From: Planctomycetota bacterium
Lineage (GTDB): Bacteria > Planctomycetota > UBA1135 > JACQFD01
DNA: 64,000 nt
NCBI GenBank assembly: GCA_016792805.1
Contig: JAEUHX010000037.1
Span: 4,327 to 68,326, forward strand
Direction of reading: 5' to 3'
Below the pieces are notes generated by a model, which did not search any database, was not told where the DNA came from, and worked only from the letters and a program-made list of their open reading frames with translations. Position numbers and translations under genes: made by a program. Positions within the stretch are counted from its first letter, which is position 1. The number at the start of each line of letters is the position of its first letter. Shown here one piece after another: positions 17,663 to 29,236 of the stretch.

Positions 17663-19813
17663 ATGCCGCAATCGCGTCCCGCCAACCGCCTCGCCCGAGA
17701 GAAGAGCCCCTACCTTCTGCAGCACGCCCACAATCCGGTGGATTGGTATCCTTGGGGCGAAGAGGCATTCGAAAAGGCGCGGAGAGAGAACAAGCCAATC
17801 TTCTTGTCGGTCGGCTACTCGACGTGCCATTGGTGCCATGTGATGGAGCGCGAGTCATTCGAGAACGAGGTCATTGGCAAGTTCCTGAGTGAACATTTCG
17901 TTCCCGTGAAAGTCGACCGAGAGGAGAGACCGGACGTGGACCGCGTCTACATGGCATTTGTGCAAGCCAGTACGGGAAGCGGCGGCTGGCCAATGTCGGT
18001 CTGGCTCACGCCCGATTTGAAGCCTTTCTACGGCGGCACCTACTTCGCGCCGGTCTCCGCCTACGGCCGACCGGGCTTTCTCGACCTGCTGAAGCGGATC
18101 GATGAGCTTTGGCGCACGAAGAGCGCCGATTTGCAACAATCGGCGGCACGCGCGCTCGACGTGCTGCGCGAGCAGACACAGGTTTCTACGCCGGAGAGCA
18201 CGTCGGCCGAGGCGACGGTGAGCGACGCGATGCTGCGCCGCGGATTCGATGCCTTCGACCGGAGTTTCGATGAGCGCCACGGCGGGTTCGGCGGCGCGCC
18301 GAAGTTTCCGAGGCCAAGTACACTTTTCTTTCTGCTGCGCTACGCGCAGCGGGCGAAGAGCGAGCGCGCTTCGCACATGGTGACGCTCACGCTCGAGCAG
18401 ATGGCGCGCGGCGGGATGTACGATCAGCTCGGCGGCGGCTTCCATCGCTACTCCGTCGATGCCGTGTGGCACGTGCCGCATTTCGAGAAGATGCTGTACG
18501 ACCAGGGGCAGCTTGCCTCCGCGTACGCGGAGGCGTTCCAGGCCACCGGAAAGCCGCTCTTCGCGACGACGCTCCGCGGTATCTGTGATTATGTGCTGCG
18601 AGATCTCACTTCTCCTGATGGGGCGTTCTACTCGGCAGAGGATGCCGACAGCGCTGATCCGGATGCGGCTTCCCAGCCGGCGGAGGGGCATGGAGCCGAG
18701 AAGCGCGAGGGTGCTTTCTATGTGTTCACTCATGAGGAGCTCGCCCGAATCGCAGGCGCCGACGCGGCGGCGTTCGGGCTTCGCTTCGGAGTCGAGGAGA
18801 GCGGGAACGCCAGCGATCCCCACGGTGAGCTGACCGGTAGAAATGTGCTATTCCTGGCGAGGGAGATTTCGGAGGTGGCTTCGCGGCTCAGCCTCTCCGA
18901 GCGAGAAGTCACAGATGCGATCGATCGCGCGTCCGCCAAAGCGCTCTCGGAGCGCGCGCGGCGGCCGCGGCCGCATCTCGACGACAAGGTCCTCACGGCG
19001 TGGAACGGATTGATGATCTCCGGGCTCGCCAAGGCGGCGGCGGCTCTCGACGAGCCGCGCTACGGAGAGGCGGCTGCGCGCGCGGCGAGATTCATCGAGG
19101 CGCGGATGCTGGACTCGAAGTCGGGGGAACTCCGACGGAGGTATCGCGATGGCGAGGTGGGGCTGCGTGCCCACGCCGATGATTATGCATACTTCGTGCA
19201 GGGGCTGCTCGATCTGTATGCTTGGAGCTTCGATGCGCGGTGGATCGAGCTCGCCTCGAAGCTGCACGCGACCATGGATCGCCTCTTCCGAGACTCCCGC
19301 GGCGTCTATTACAGCTCCGCCGAGGGCGATGCGTCGATCCTGATTCGCATGCAGGAAGACTACGACGGCGCAGAGCCGACGCCGAGCTCGGTCGCGGCCC
19401 ACAATGCGCTCGTGCTGGCGGAGCTCACTGGCGACGACGACCTGCGCAAGCGCGCCGAGGAGACGGTGGCGGCCTTCCACTCACGGCTCTCACAAATCCC
19501 AGCCGCCGTTCCCCAAATGTTAGCGACGCTCGACGCGATGCTCGCGAGCCCGCAGCACATCGGTATCGCTGGCGATCCGAGCCGTGAGGACACTCGAGCA
19601 CTCTTGCGCGCGATTCGCGGCCGATTCCTTCCGAATGCGCACATCCTTCTGGCGGACGGCGGCGCGGCGCAGTCGGCGATGGCAAAGCGCCTGCCTTTTG
19701 TGGCAGGCATGAAACCCGTCGGCGGAAAGGCGGCGGCTTATGTGTGCGTGAATCGCGCCTGCCGGCTGCCTACCACAGATCCGGGAGAGATTGAGAAGCT
19801 CTTCCCGCGCTAG
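17663..19813 (+). CDS. Thioredoxin domain-containing protein (YyaL/SSP411, DUF255)
   Basis: [53 protein letters not shown] and [10 protein letters not shown]. Start at ATG 17663. Confidence 0.92.
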   Translation: MPQSRPANRLAREKSPYLLQHAHNPVDWYPWGEEAFEKARRENKPIFLSVGYSTCHWCHVMERESFENEVIGKFLSEHFVPVKVDREERPDVDRVYMAFVQASTGSGGWPMSVWLTPDLKPFYGGTYFAPVSAYGRPGFLDLLKRIDELWRTKSADLQQSAARALDVLREQTQVSTPESTSAEATVSDAMLRRGFDAFDRSFDERHGGFGGAPKFPRPSTLFFLLRYAQRAKSERASHMVTLTLEQMARGGMYDQLGGGFHRYSVDAVWHVPHFEKMLYDQGQLASAYAEAFQATGKPLFATTLRGICDYVLRDLTSPDGAFYSAEDADSADPDAASQPAEGHGAEKREGAFYVFTHEELARIAGADAAAFGLRFGVEESGNASDPHGELTGRNVLFLAREISEVASRLSLSEREVTDAIDRASAKALSERARRPRPHLDDKVLTAWNGLMISGLAKAAAALDEPRYGEAAARAARFIEARMLDSKSGELRRRYRDGEVGLRAHADDYAYFVQGLLDLYAWSFDARWIELASKLHATMDRLFRDSRGVYYSSAEGDASILIRMQEDYDGAEPTPSSVAAHNALVLAELTGDDDLRKRAEETVAAFHSRLSQIPAAVPQMLATLDAMLASPQHIGIAGDPSREDTRALLRAIRGRFLPNAHILLADGGAAQSAMAKRLPFVAGMKPVGGKAAAYVCVNRACRLPTTDPGEIEKLFPR

Positions 19814-19875
19814 CGCGCGCAGCTCGGGGGATCCTGAGGGTGCCCTCCGAGCGTCGCACATCGAGACAGAAGCCG

Positions 19876-21843
19876 TTAGTACGGCAGGTAGCGCGCGAGA
19901 TCACTCCAATCCGACTTGCTCTTCGCGTCGGCCTTGATCTGCGCGGCGATATTCAGGTAGAGCGGGCCATCGAAGCCGGCAAGCGGGCTCGCCTCGAGGA
20001 ACTTCCCCGCCAGGTAAAGCCCAAGCCCCGACACGCGGTTGTAACCCGAAAGGTCAGCGTCCACAAAAACGCTCGGGTCGAGCGGATCAACGAGCCGCTT
20101 GATCCCCTTGCCCTTGCCCTCGGCGCCGTCCGTCCACGCCTGGGTCGCGTAGAATTGGCACTTCTCCAGCGCGCCGGTGATGAGCTTCGGCCGATTGAAC
20201 TGCTGTCCGACTTTCAGCAGCACCGGAACTGCGCGGAGATCTTCGAAAGACGCCGCCGCATAATGCCCGGGAATCCACTTATCCGAAATGAGAGCCCACA
20301 TCACCTGCGGCTGGCCCCAGGCCTTTCCGAACGGTTGCACATGCCCGAGGTCGAGGAAATGTTCCATCGCCGCGATCGGCTGGCTCATGTCGTAGTTCGG
20401 ATTCAGCCTCCAGGCGCGATAGGCGATCTCGAGCCACCCCAAATATCCTCTCGGCGTGTTCGCAAACCCTGGGCCGAAGGGCTGCGGGTCGATCGTCCGG
20501 AGCATTGCCTTCGCGAGCTCTCCGTGATGGAGCATCTCCGCCCAGGCCCATGGCGAACCCGTCGCCTCAGCGAACTCTCCCGTCCGGCGCATCGACGCGT
20601 GCTGGTGATCCTGGGCCATCCAGCCGTGGTCGTCGGCGATCGGAGCGATTTTGTTGGAATTGCTGTCGAGCGGAATGCGCCCCAGGTACTCCGAACCCCA
20701 AGTCGCCGGACGGCAGAAGTTCATCCAGATCGACGGCGAGTCGCCGACGAATCCGTTGAAATGTCCGGGCCGAGCCGATTGGCGGTAGACCGTTGGCGCG
20801 ATGAAGATGAGATCATTGATCTCGTTGCGCGCGTAGTAGGCGCCAATGTGACAGAAGGGCCAATCGCCATGGTAGCCCGTCTGCCAGGTTTCCTTTTCGT
20901 CGACTCCCAATAATCCCCACGGATCGCCGCTCGTGGGGAAATAGGCGGAGCCGTCGAGCCAGCTCATCTCCTGGTTCGAGCGGCTCGGGAACGCGGGGTC
21001 GACCGCCGTCCACATGCAGCCGGGATTCGGCGGGAAAAGAGCCGCCAGCTCGTTCCAGCTCGGATTTCCCGTCGGTTCCGTCGTTGCCACAAAAGGCCAA
21101 ATGTGGCCAGCGCCGTCGGCCACGCGGCGGTCGGAATCCTGCGGGAACACAAGGCGGTAGCGCTGCTCCGGCTGAATAACTTTGAATGTGGCCAGCTGCG
21201 GGAAAAGCGGCATCAGGCGGCCGCCGGACACCTCGAGCTGGACGTCGGGGACGATCTGTGAACCCACGGAGGCGCCAGCGGAAACCTGCGCAGTCGTGAC
21301 CAGCGGATCATTCATGAATCCGGCCTCGATCCACGCGACGGCCGTGCCGGGAATCGCCCGCCGATAGATCAGCAAGGAAAGGTGACTATTGACCGCGAGG
21401 CGAGAAACCGAGTTGCGCGCCGCAGTCGTCGTCGGACCGGGCGACCCTGCGAAGTCGGGAGCCGGATAAGTGGCTCCATCAATTATCCACTGAAACTGGA
21501 GCCCCGAAGCGCCTGAGCCGCCGCCGGTCCCACCGGTGCCGCCCGTCCCACCGGTACCTCCGGTTCCCCCGCCTCCACCCGAGCCGCCACTACCGCCCGA
21601 GCCCCCACTACCGCCCGAGCCCCCACTGCCGCCCGAGCCCCCACTACCGCCCGAGCCCCCTGTTCCGCCTGTGTCGCCGCCCGTGCCGCCGGTTCCGCCG
21701 GTGTCGCCTCCTGAGCCGCCGTCGTCAGCAGTCCCGGTGCCGACGGCTCCGCCGCCGCCGCCACCGCCGCAGCTCGGCAGACCTGCAACAAAAATCATGG
21801 CCGCCAATCCAAGAGCGCATGCGGCTTGCACCGAACGATTCAT
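19876..21843 (-). CDS. Lipoprotein with Gly/Ser/Thr-rich linker and large uncharacterised catalytic-like domain
   Basis: Signal peptide ending LPSC, then a (GGT/GGS)n linker, then about 540 aa rich in W/H/D. Start placed at ATG 21843. Confidence 0.7.
   Translation of the reverse strand: MNRSVQAACALGLAAMIFVAGLPSCGGGGGGGAVGTGTADDGGSGGDTGGTGGTGGDTGGTGGSGGSGGSGGSGGSGGSGGSGGSGGSGGGGGTGGTGGTGGTGGTGGGSGASGLQFQWIIDGATYPAPDFAGSPGPTTTAARNSVSRLAVNSHLSLLIYRRAIPGTAVAWIEAGFMNDPLVTTAQVSAGASVGSQIVPDVQLEVSGGRLMPLFPQLATFKVIQPEQRYRLVFPQDSDRRVADGAGHIWPFVATTEPTGNPSWNELAALFPPNPGCMWTAVDPAFPSRSNQEMSWLDGSAYFPTSGDPWGLLGVDEKETWQTGYHGDWPFCHIGAYYARNEINDLIFIAPTVYRQSARPGHFNGFVGDSPSIWMNFCRPATWGSEYLGRIPLDSNSNKIAPIADDHGWMAQDHQHASMRRTGEFAEATGSPWAWAEMLHHGELAKAMLRTIDPQPFGPGFANTPRGYLGWLEIAYRAWRLNPNYDMSQPIAAMEHFLDLGHVQPFGKAWGQPQVMWALISDKWIPGHYAAASFEDLRAVPVLLKVGQQFNRPKLITGALEKCQFYATQAWTDGAEGKGKGIKRLVDPLDPSVFVDADLSGYNRVSGLGLYLAGKFLEASPLAGFDGPLYLNIAAQIKADAKSKSDWSDLARYLPY
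21505..21770 (-). repeat. Coding low-complexity tandem repeat (GGS/GGT)n with 9/18-bp units
   Basis: Repeated CCGCCCGAGCCCCCACTA-type units on the + strand. Confidence 0.85.
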
Positions 21844-22739
21844 CACAGAAATTTCCACGCACGACGATTCCTTGGCTTCCTCCGGGCGCAGACCCAGGTC
21901 GGACAAGCCAGAATGGAGTCTCATTTCGGTGCCACTCTCCGAGTGCGGAGATCGGATGAAATGAGTGAAGGTCTTTAGAGCGGGCCGCTCTCGGAGGGAA
22001 GCGGCGACGGGGCGCAGAATCGGGATCCCACCGCGACGATGCCAACAGAAAAGTCGGCCGGAGCACGACGGCGTCACCCCGCCCGTAGAGCGAAAAAAGT
22101 GCACGGCGACTTGCGGCGCCGACTCGTTCCCCGAACACTTCCAACGTCGCAGGGCATAGCGCGCTCGTTGTGATCTCGATCTCACAAGGACTTCCGCCAG
22201 CACCCGGCCGGCAATGACAGAAATCCGGACGGTCAACCCGTAGTTTTGTGCGCAATTGCTCATCTCGAAGGCGCGCGAGCGCGCGGGCATGGCGACCTAC
22301 GGGAGGAGCCCCCGGGTGATCCCCCTTGGGGTGCCGGGTGGGTGAGCACCACCTTCGGGCCGCGCGCACTCCCCCGTCGAACATGCGGGTGTGCCCCGAG
22401 TCCATGCGGGCGACGCGCGCCCAACGGAGCGGGTGCTGTGCACAGAAAGTGATGCGTAGGGTCCGCGCACGCGCCGAACCAACTCCGCGTGGCTTGCCCC
22501 GCGCGGTAACGATCAGGTGCCGAGTCTTGCATCCGCGGCAGGGTTCCTCCTCCGGCGGCGCATGCGCCGTCGAATCGTCGCGGGCGATGCCCGCGCCCTT
22601 CGGGAGCCGTGAAGAAATCTGTTGGGATGTTGCCGTGCCAGGTTTCACCCACCATCAACTTCACAGATGAGAGACGGCTTGGAATGGGGCGTGGGTCGGT
22701 CTTGGCGCGGCGAGTTCCGCAGATGCGAGGCCATGGCGC

Positions 22740-22782
22740 GCGCAGAATCGGACCGGCGCTTCGCGCCGGTCCGATTCTGCGC
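22740..22782. repeat. Perfect 20-bp palindromic stem with 3-nt loop
   Basis: GCGCAGAATCGGACCGGCGC-TTC-GCGCCGGTCCGATTCTGCGC. Confidence 0.9.
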
Positions 22783-22806
22783 AGCCGATGGGCCGCCGAG
22801 CGTCGG

Positions 22807-22966
22807 GAGGCCATGACAGGATTCCTCCGCAGAGCGGGCGCGAGGAATCGGCGCTCAGCGCAAGGCGCGCGGCCGCAGGCGTAGCGAGAAGCTACGCCGA
22901 GGACGCGCAACGCCGCGCTGGGCGCCGAGGCCCGCGCGCAGCTCGGAGCAATCCTGGAATGGCCTC
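22807..22966 (+). mobile_element. ~160-bp MITE-like structured element, copy B
   Basis: TIRs GAGGCCATGACAGGATTCCTCCG / CGGAGCAATCCTGGAATGGCCTC (20/23 match); shares GCGCGAGGAATCG and GCGCAGCTCGGA with copy A. Confidence 0.65.
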
Positions 22967-23066
22967 TTGGACTGTTCGCTGCCGCGCCAAGACCGACCAC
23001 GCCCCATTCTTCTCAAGTCACAACTCGAAAGCCGCGCGCGCACGCGCGCGCGCCCCGGTCGGCGCA

Positions 23067-23180
23067 CGCGCCGACCCCACTTTTCCCTTGGAAAATCGCT
23101 ATTACGCGCCGACCCCACTTCTCCATTGGGAGAGCGCTATTACGCGCCGACCCCACTTTTCCCTTGGGAGATTGCTGCTG
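23067..23180. repeat. 38-bp direct tandem repeat x3
   Basis: CGCGCCGACCCCACTTTTCCCTTGGAAAATCGCTATTA and two near-identical contiguous copies starting at 23105 and 23143. Confidence 0.9.
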
Positions 23181-23228
23181 CGCACCGCCCCGGCATGAAA
23201 CTCAATGCCGGGGAGAAATTCAATTCTG

Positions 23229-24404
<1,176 letters not shown>

Positions 24405-24656
24405 CTACTCGGCGACGAGAGGATCGATGTGCACTCTTCGGTTCGACTGGAACCGCACGCGCCCATCGACGAGGGCGAAGAGCGTCCAATCCTTGCCGGT
24501 ACCCACGTTGTGTCCCGCGTGGAAGCGAGTGCCGACCTGCCGAACGATGATCGAGCCTGCGCTCACCGTCTGGCCGCCGTAGGCCTTGACGCCTCGGAAC
24601 TGCGGATTCGAGTCGCGGCCATTGCGGCTCGAGCCCTGACCTTTCTTATGTGCCAT
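24405..24656 (-). CDS. rpmA: 50S ribosomal protein L27
   Basis: [16 protein letters not shown]...GKDWTLFAL. Confidence 0.98.
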   Translation of the reverse strand: MAHKKGQGSSRNGRDSNPQFRGVKAYGGQTVSAGSIIVRQVGTRFHAGHNVGTGKDWTLFALVDGRVRFQSNRRVHIDPLVAE

Positions 24657-24745
24657 GGCTGGTTACTGGAGAAGTGATGCTCGGGATCTAGGCGGATCTG
24701 GATCTGTGCGAAACGGAAATCGTACGAAACAAAAGATGTAGATTC

Positions 24746-25063
24746 TTAGCCGATCTTCTGAATCGCCACGCAGGTGTAGAACGCGCGGGAGCCGTGCTTT
24801 CGGCGGCTCGACTTGCGGCGGCGATACTTGAACACCGTAATCTTCTTGCCGCGGGTCTCGCCCTTCACCTCGGCCACCACTTTGGCGCCGGAAACGGTGG
24901 GCGTGCCGACTTTAATCCCGCCGTCGGTCGAGAGAAGCTCGACCTGATCGAACGTGATCGTGGCTCCCTTCGCGAGATCCGCGCGGTAGTCAATCCAAAC
25001 CTCTTCACCCGGACGCGCGGTGAAGCGGCGGCCGCGATCATTCACGATGGCGTACGTGCCCAT
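24746..25063 (-). CDS. rplU: 50S ribosomal protein L21
   Basis: YAIV...VGTPTVSGAKVVAEV...KITVFKYRRRK; canonical rplU-rpmA-obgE order. Confidence 0.95.
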   Translation of the reverse strand: MGTYAIVNDRGRRFTARPGEEVWIDYRADLAKGATITFDQVELLSTDGGIKVGTPTVSGAKVVAEVKGETRGKKITVFKYRRRKSSRRKHGSRAFYTCVAIQKIG

Positions 25064-25164
25064 GGAAGGTGAGCGTTGCTTTCGAAGCTAGGGGTAGGCG
25101 GTTGCGAACGCTGCTCGACGCGCTGGGCGTCGCAAGCAGCCCCTTGGGTCAAAACGGGCCGAAG

Positions 25165-25193
25165 AAGGTAGCGGTCGCCCCCCGAGGCTGCAA
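25165..25193 (-). promoter_or_regulatory. Putative sigma70 promoter for rplU-rpmA-obgE
   Basis: Minus strand TTGCAG-N17-TACCTT about 100 bp upstream of the rplU ATG. Confidence 0.5.
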
Positions 25194-25256
25194 GACGAGA
25201 GGCCCGCCCTGGGTGCCTCGGTATGCTGCCGGCTCCCCTAGCCCCCCCGAAGCGCC

Positions 25257-26264
25257 TTGGACTCGCCGCAGCATTTCCTCTCCCCTCAGCCGTTCGACCG
25301 GGCCTTCCTCGACAACGTCCTCGACCGCGCCGTGCGCATGAAGCATGGCGCCGACAAGCGGCTGCTGGAGGGGCGCTCCCTGGGGCTCCTTTTCTTCAAT
25401 CGGTCGCTGCGCACGCGCACGTCGTTCCAGGTGGCGATGTTCCAGCTGGGGGGCCAATGCGTGAACCTCACCTCCTCGTCCGATTTCTGGGACCTGGAGC
25501 CGGAGGAGGGCAAGGTGATGGACGGCAGCGCGCCCGAGCACGTGAAGGACGCTGCGCGCGTGCTTTCGAGCTACCTCGACGCCATCGCGATCCGCACGGT
25601 CCCCTTCGGCCGCAACTATGACGTCGATCGGCGCGACGCCGTGATCCACGCCTGGGCGAAGCAGGCACGCGTGCCGGTGCTCAACATGGAGTCGAACGTT
25701 CACCATCCCTGTCAGGCGATGGCCGACCTCATGACGCTGAGGGAGACCTTTGGCGAGCTGAAGGGGCTCAAAGTGACGCTGGCCTGGACGGCCAACCCGC
25801 AGCCGCAAAGCGCTGCGCCCGTCCATTCGCTGCTGACGGCCGGCGCGAAGTTCGGCATCGAGTTCACGGTGGCGCACCCCGACGGCTATGACCTCGACGC
25901 TGGCATCCTCGCCGACGCCAAGGCCGAGGCCGAGAGGGCGGGCTCCACGATCCGCGTCGTGCACGACCTCACGGAGGGCTGCCGCGGCGCCCGCGCCGTC
26001 TATGCGCGGAGCTGGCCGAGCCTCGAATGCTATGGGCAGCCGACGGTGGAGGCGGTGAAGCGAAGCCGCTTCACGAGCTGGATCGTCGACGGAGCGCGGA
26101 TGCGCGCAACGCAGGACGGCAAATTTCTCCATCCGATGCCCGTTCGCCGAAATGTGAACGTTACCGATGAAGTGATGGACGGCGCAGGATCGCTCGTCTA
26201 TCAGCAAGCCGAGAATCGGTTGCATTCCCAAAAGGCGATCCTTGCGACGTTCCTGAAGAGCTAG
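25257..26264 (+). CDS. N-acyl-ornithine carbamoyltransferase-like (AOTCase/SOTCase family)
   Basis: FFNRSLRTRTSF carbamoyl-phosphate motif, extended MDGSAPEH loop, HPCQ, HPMPVRRN and QAENR. Confidence 0.85.
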   Translation: MDSPQHFLSPQPFDRAFLDNVLDRAVRMKHGADKRLLEGRSLGLLFFNRSLRTRTSFQVAMFQLGGQCVNLTSSSDFWDLEPEEGKVMDGSAPEHVKDAARVLSSYLDAIAIRTVPFGRNYDVDRRDAVIHAWAKQARVPVLNMESNVHHPCQAMADLMTLRETFGELKGLKVTLAWTANPQPQSAAPVHSLLTAGAKFGIEFTVAHPDGYDLDAGILADAKAEAERAGSTIRVVHDLTEGCRGARAVYARSWPSLECYGQPTVEAVKRSRFTSWIVDGARMRATQDGKFLHPMPVRRNVNVTDEVMDGAGSLVYQQAENRLHSQKAILATFLKS

Positions 26265-26282
26265 CACCCAGGCGCCGTCGCG

Positions 26283-28196
26283 ATGGACGAAGCGGCCTCG
26301 ACTGCAACTGTGCAAATGACGGGCGGCGCGCCGTCGTGGGGCCGGGCGTCGCTCCTCGGCGCCGCCGCAGGCGGCTTCGCGGGGCTCGGTCTCGGAGCGA
26401 CTTTACTTTTCAAGAATCCGACGGGGCTCGGCCATTTCCAGAGCTGGGCGGTCTTTCTCGGGCTCACCATGGGCGCGCTCGCCGCTGCAGGCGCGCTGGT
26501 CGGAATCGTTGCGTGGATCGCGCTGCGATTGGCGGCGCCGACGCGCGACGGCGCGATGCAACAGAAGCGGCTCGCCGCGTTCCTCGGTGCCGCCGCCGGT
26601 GCCTTCGTCGGCTACCGCGTGCTGTCGGAGCTCGACGCCTCGCGAATCCTCCAAAACGTGGGGCTCGGAGCCGGCGCCGCGCTCCTCGGTGCGGCGGGCT
26701 GGACGCTTGCGTGCACGCAGCGATTTTTTGTGCCTGCCCGCGCCCTCGCGGTCGCCTCCGCCGTCGGCGCCTCCGCGTTCGCATTCGTTCTGTGGGATGT
26801 GAAGCGGCCGCGCGAGGTGTCGGCGTCGATCGTCGACTTCGTCCCCAAGTTCGACCCGCTCCCCGCGGAAAAGCGCCCCAAGCGCGAGCCGCGCGAAGGG
26901 AGAATTGTGGTGCTCGGCGTCGACGGCGCCACGTGGGACAAGATCGATCCGTTGATCGCTGCCGGCGAGTTGCCGGCTTGGGGGAAGCTGCGGGAGGAGG
27001 GCGCCGCCTGCCGGCTGCGCACGATGATTCCGACGGCGTCGCCGGCCATCTGGACCACAATGGCGACCGGCCACACGCCGAAGCAGCACGGAATTGAGGA
27101 CTTCGTGCTGCGATTCTCGAGCTTCGGTGCGGGGCTCGATGTGCGCGTTCGATGGAAGCCGCTGCGCCGCATCTACGGCGCGCTTGGGCTCGTGCAGGTG
27201 GTGCCGGTCCCCTCGAACCTCCGCCAGCGGAAGGCGATTTGGAACATTTTGACGGAGATGGGGATGCGCTCGGCCACGCTCGGGCTCTGGGCCACGTATC
27301 CGGCCGAGCCGGTGAATGGCGCCATGGTGAGCGACGCGGCGACGCCATCGTGGATTCAGGAGCTGAGCCTGTCGGGCGAGAAGGTCCGAGCCGATTTCTT
27401 GGGTGTGACTCATCCGCCGGAGCTGGCCGCGCGCCTCGCCCCGCTGCAGCGCGCGGCCGACTCGCTGACGCGCCAGGACCTGGCAAAATTTGTAACAGTC
27501 GACGACGCGGTGTGGCGCGAATTCGAGGAGACCAAGCGCCTCTCCGGCGAGACGCCGCTTCACGTCTTCCGCGGAACGTTTCTGCGCGATGAGTTCCTCG
27601 TCGCCTCGGCTCTCGAGCTCGACCGCGAGAAGCCCTTCGGTCTTTTGTTCTGTTATGTTCGGCTCATCGACATGATGGGCCACTCGTTCTGGAACTACCG
27701 TGCGCCGAAGGAGATGGAGCCCGCGGCGGCGCAGGCGCGCGAGCGCAGCTTCCACGGCGCCATCGACCGCGCCTATTTGTGGTCTGACGGAGTGCTCGCC
27801 AAGTTCCTGGAGCGGCTCGGCCCGAAGGACACGCTGGTGGTGGTGAGCGATCACGGCTGGCAGCTCGAGGACGACGGCAAAGGCGGCCAGCATTGGAACC
27901 ACGAGCAGGGCCCCGAGGGCGTGCTGGCGGTGCTCGGCCCCGGCGTGCGGCGCGGCTATTTTCACCAGGAGCCTCCCCACGTGCTCGACATCGGCCCGAC
28001 GCTGCTGCAATTGTGCGGATTGCCGAAGGGCGAAGACATGGGCGGCCGGTTCTTGAGTGAGCTCTTCACGGATGCCAAGCCGCAAGCCGTGATCCCCACG
28101 TGGGAGACATCCGTACGAAGCCGCGCCGGCGGGCTTTCGACCTTCGACGCCGCGGCGCGGCTCCAGGAGCTCGAAGGGGTCGGTTACCTCCGGTGA
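26283..28196 (+). CDS. Membrane-anchored alkaline phosphatase/nucleotide pyrophosphatase family protein
   Basis: N-terminal TMs, VLGVDGATW, SPAIWTTMATG, DMMGH, VSDHG and C-terminal LEGVGYL. Confidence 0.85.
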   Translation: MDEAASTATVQMTGGAPSWGRASLLGAAAGGFAGLGLGATLLFKNPTGLGHFQSWAVFLGLTMGALAAAGALVGIVAWIALRLAAPTRDGAMQQKRLAAFLGAAAGAFVGYRVLSELDASRILQNVGLGAGAALLGAAGWTLACTQRFFVPARALAVASAVGASAFAFVLWDVKRPREVSASIVDFVPKFDPLPAEKRPKREPREGRIVVLGVDGATWDKIDPLIAAGELPAWGKLREEGAACRLRTMIPTASPAIWTTMATGHTPKQHGIEDFVLRFSSFGAGLDVRVRWKPLRRIYGALGLVQVVPVPSNLRQRKAIWNILTEMGMRSATLGLWATYPAEPVNGAMVSDAATPSWIQELSLSGEKVRADFLGVTHPPELAARLAPLQRAADSLTRQDLAKFVTVDDAVWREFEETKRLSGETPLHVFRGTFLRDEFLVASALELDREKPFGLLFCYVRLIDMMGHSFWNYRAPKEMEPAAAQARERSFHGAIDRAYLWSDGVLAKFLERLGPKDTLVVVSDHGWQLEDDGKGGQHWNHEQGPEGVLAVLGPGVRRGYFHQEPPHVLDIGPTLLQLCGLPKGEDMGGRFLSELFTDAKPQAVIPTWETSVRSRAGGLSTFDAAARLQELEGVGYLR

Positions 28197-29236
28197 GCGA
28201 AGGGGCCGTGCTCGCGACGCCTCGGCTCGAGGGCGTGCGCTGCCCGCTCTGCGGGGCGCAGGAAAGCCGCCGCCTCGTGGAAGGGAAGGATCGCCTCATG
28301 GGCGTGCCGGGCGCCTTCGCCATCGCCGAGTGCGGGAAATGTAGCTTTCTCTTCACCAATCCGCGGCCGCTCGTGGAGGATCTCGGCCTCTGCTATCCGC
28401 CCGGCTATGGGCCGCACCGCGATGTCGCAGAGCGCTCCGGACCGCGCGTGCTCTCCGGCAGCGGCTCGCGCGCGCTCGCGTCGCGGCTCGCGCTGGCACA
28501 GTCGCTCGGCTATCGGCACCTGCAGCCGGAGGGCGAGCTCCCCTGGAGCGTGAAGCTCCGGGCCAAGCTGCGCGCAGGGCGGCTTCGCAAGCGCATCGAG
28601 CCGTGGCGCGGCGAAGGGCGATACCTCGACGCCGGCTGCGGAAGCGGCGGATTGCTCCAAAAGATGCAGTCGCTCGGCTGGACCGTCTCGGGAATCGAGT
28701 TCACAGAAGAGGCAGCCGCGAAGGCGCGCGCCGTCACGCCGGCGCTCTTCGTCGGCGATATCCTCGACGCCCCCTTCCCCGAAAGCAGTTTCGATTTAGT
28801 GACCTGCAATCATGTGCTCGAGCACGTGCCGCGCCCGCTCGAGACGCTCGCCAAGCTGATTCGCTGGCTCGCGCCGGGAGGCGTGCTGTCGCTCGAGGTG
28901 CCGAACGCGGGCGGCCTCGGACCGCCGCTGTTCGGGAGCTGCTGGTTCAGCTACGACCTGCCGCGGCATCTCTTACATTTCACTCCGCGCACGCTCACAC
29001 AGGCCGTCGAGCAGTCCGGAGGAAAAGTGATCTCCATTCATCACGTCGCTTCGCCCTCGACCTGGCGTAAGAGCCTCGAGTATCAATCCCGCGAGCGCAC
29101 AACCGCGGGCCGCGGCGCCGGACTCCCGGGCCTCCTCGCCTCCCGCCCCCTGCGCGGCCTGCTGCGCCTCGGCGCGCAGTCGGCCGCCGCGATGGGCCGC
29201 GGCGAAGCGATTCGTGCACTTATCCAGCGCGCTTAG
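28193..29236 (+). CDS. Class I SAM-dependent methyltransferase with N-terminal zinc site
   Basis: CPLCG...CGKC, YLDAGCGSG, NHVLEHVP and EVPN; GTGA overlap with the upstream gene. Confidence 0.88.
   Translation: MSEGAVLATPRLEGVRCPLCGAQESRRLVEGKDRLMGVPGAFAIAECGKCSFLFTNPRPLVEDLGLCYPPGYGPHRDVAERSGPRVLSGSGSRALASRLALAQSLGYRHLQPEGELPWSVKLRAKLRAGRLRKRIEPWRGEGRYLDAGCGSGGLLQKMQSLGWTVSGIEFTEEAAAKARAVTPALFVGDILDAPFPESSFDLVTCNHVLEHVPRPLETLAKLIRWLAPGGVLSLEVPNAGGLGPPLFGSCWFSYDLPRHLLHFTPRTLTQAVEQSGGKVISIHHVASPSTWRKSLEYQSRERTTAGRGAGLPGLLASRPLRGLLRLGAQSAAAMGRGEAIRALIQRA

Larger units (their letters stand above)
22682..23009. repeat. Outer ~30-bp inverted repeat pair enclosing a perfect hairpin and MITE-like copy B
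   Basis: GAATGGGGCGTGGGTCGGTCTTGGCGCGGC (22682-22711) matches the reverse complement of 22981-23009 except for one extra G. Confidence 0.8.

Noticed and set aside
21536-21964. Proline-rich (PPEPPL)n ORF on the + strand
   Set aside because: It is the reverse complement of the Gly-rich linker of the minus-strand lipoprotein.
23067-23180. 38-bp repeats as a mini CRISPR array
   Set aside because: The units are contiguous with no unique spacers, and no cas genes are present in the window.
26403-28085. 560-aa minus-strand ORF
   Set aside because: Antisense to the phosphodiesterase-family gene; no recognisable motifs.
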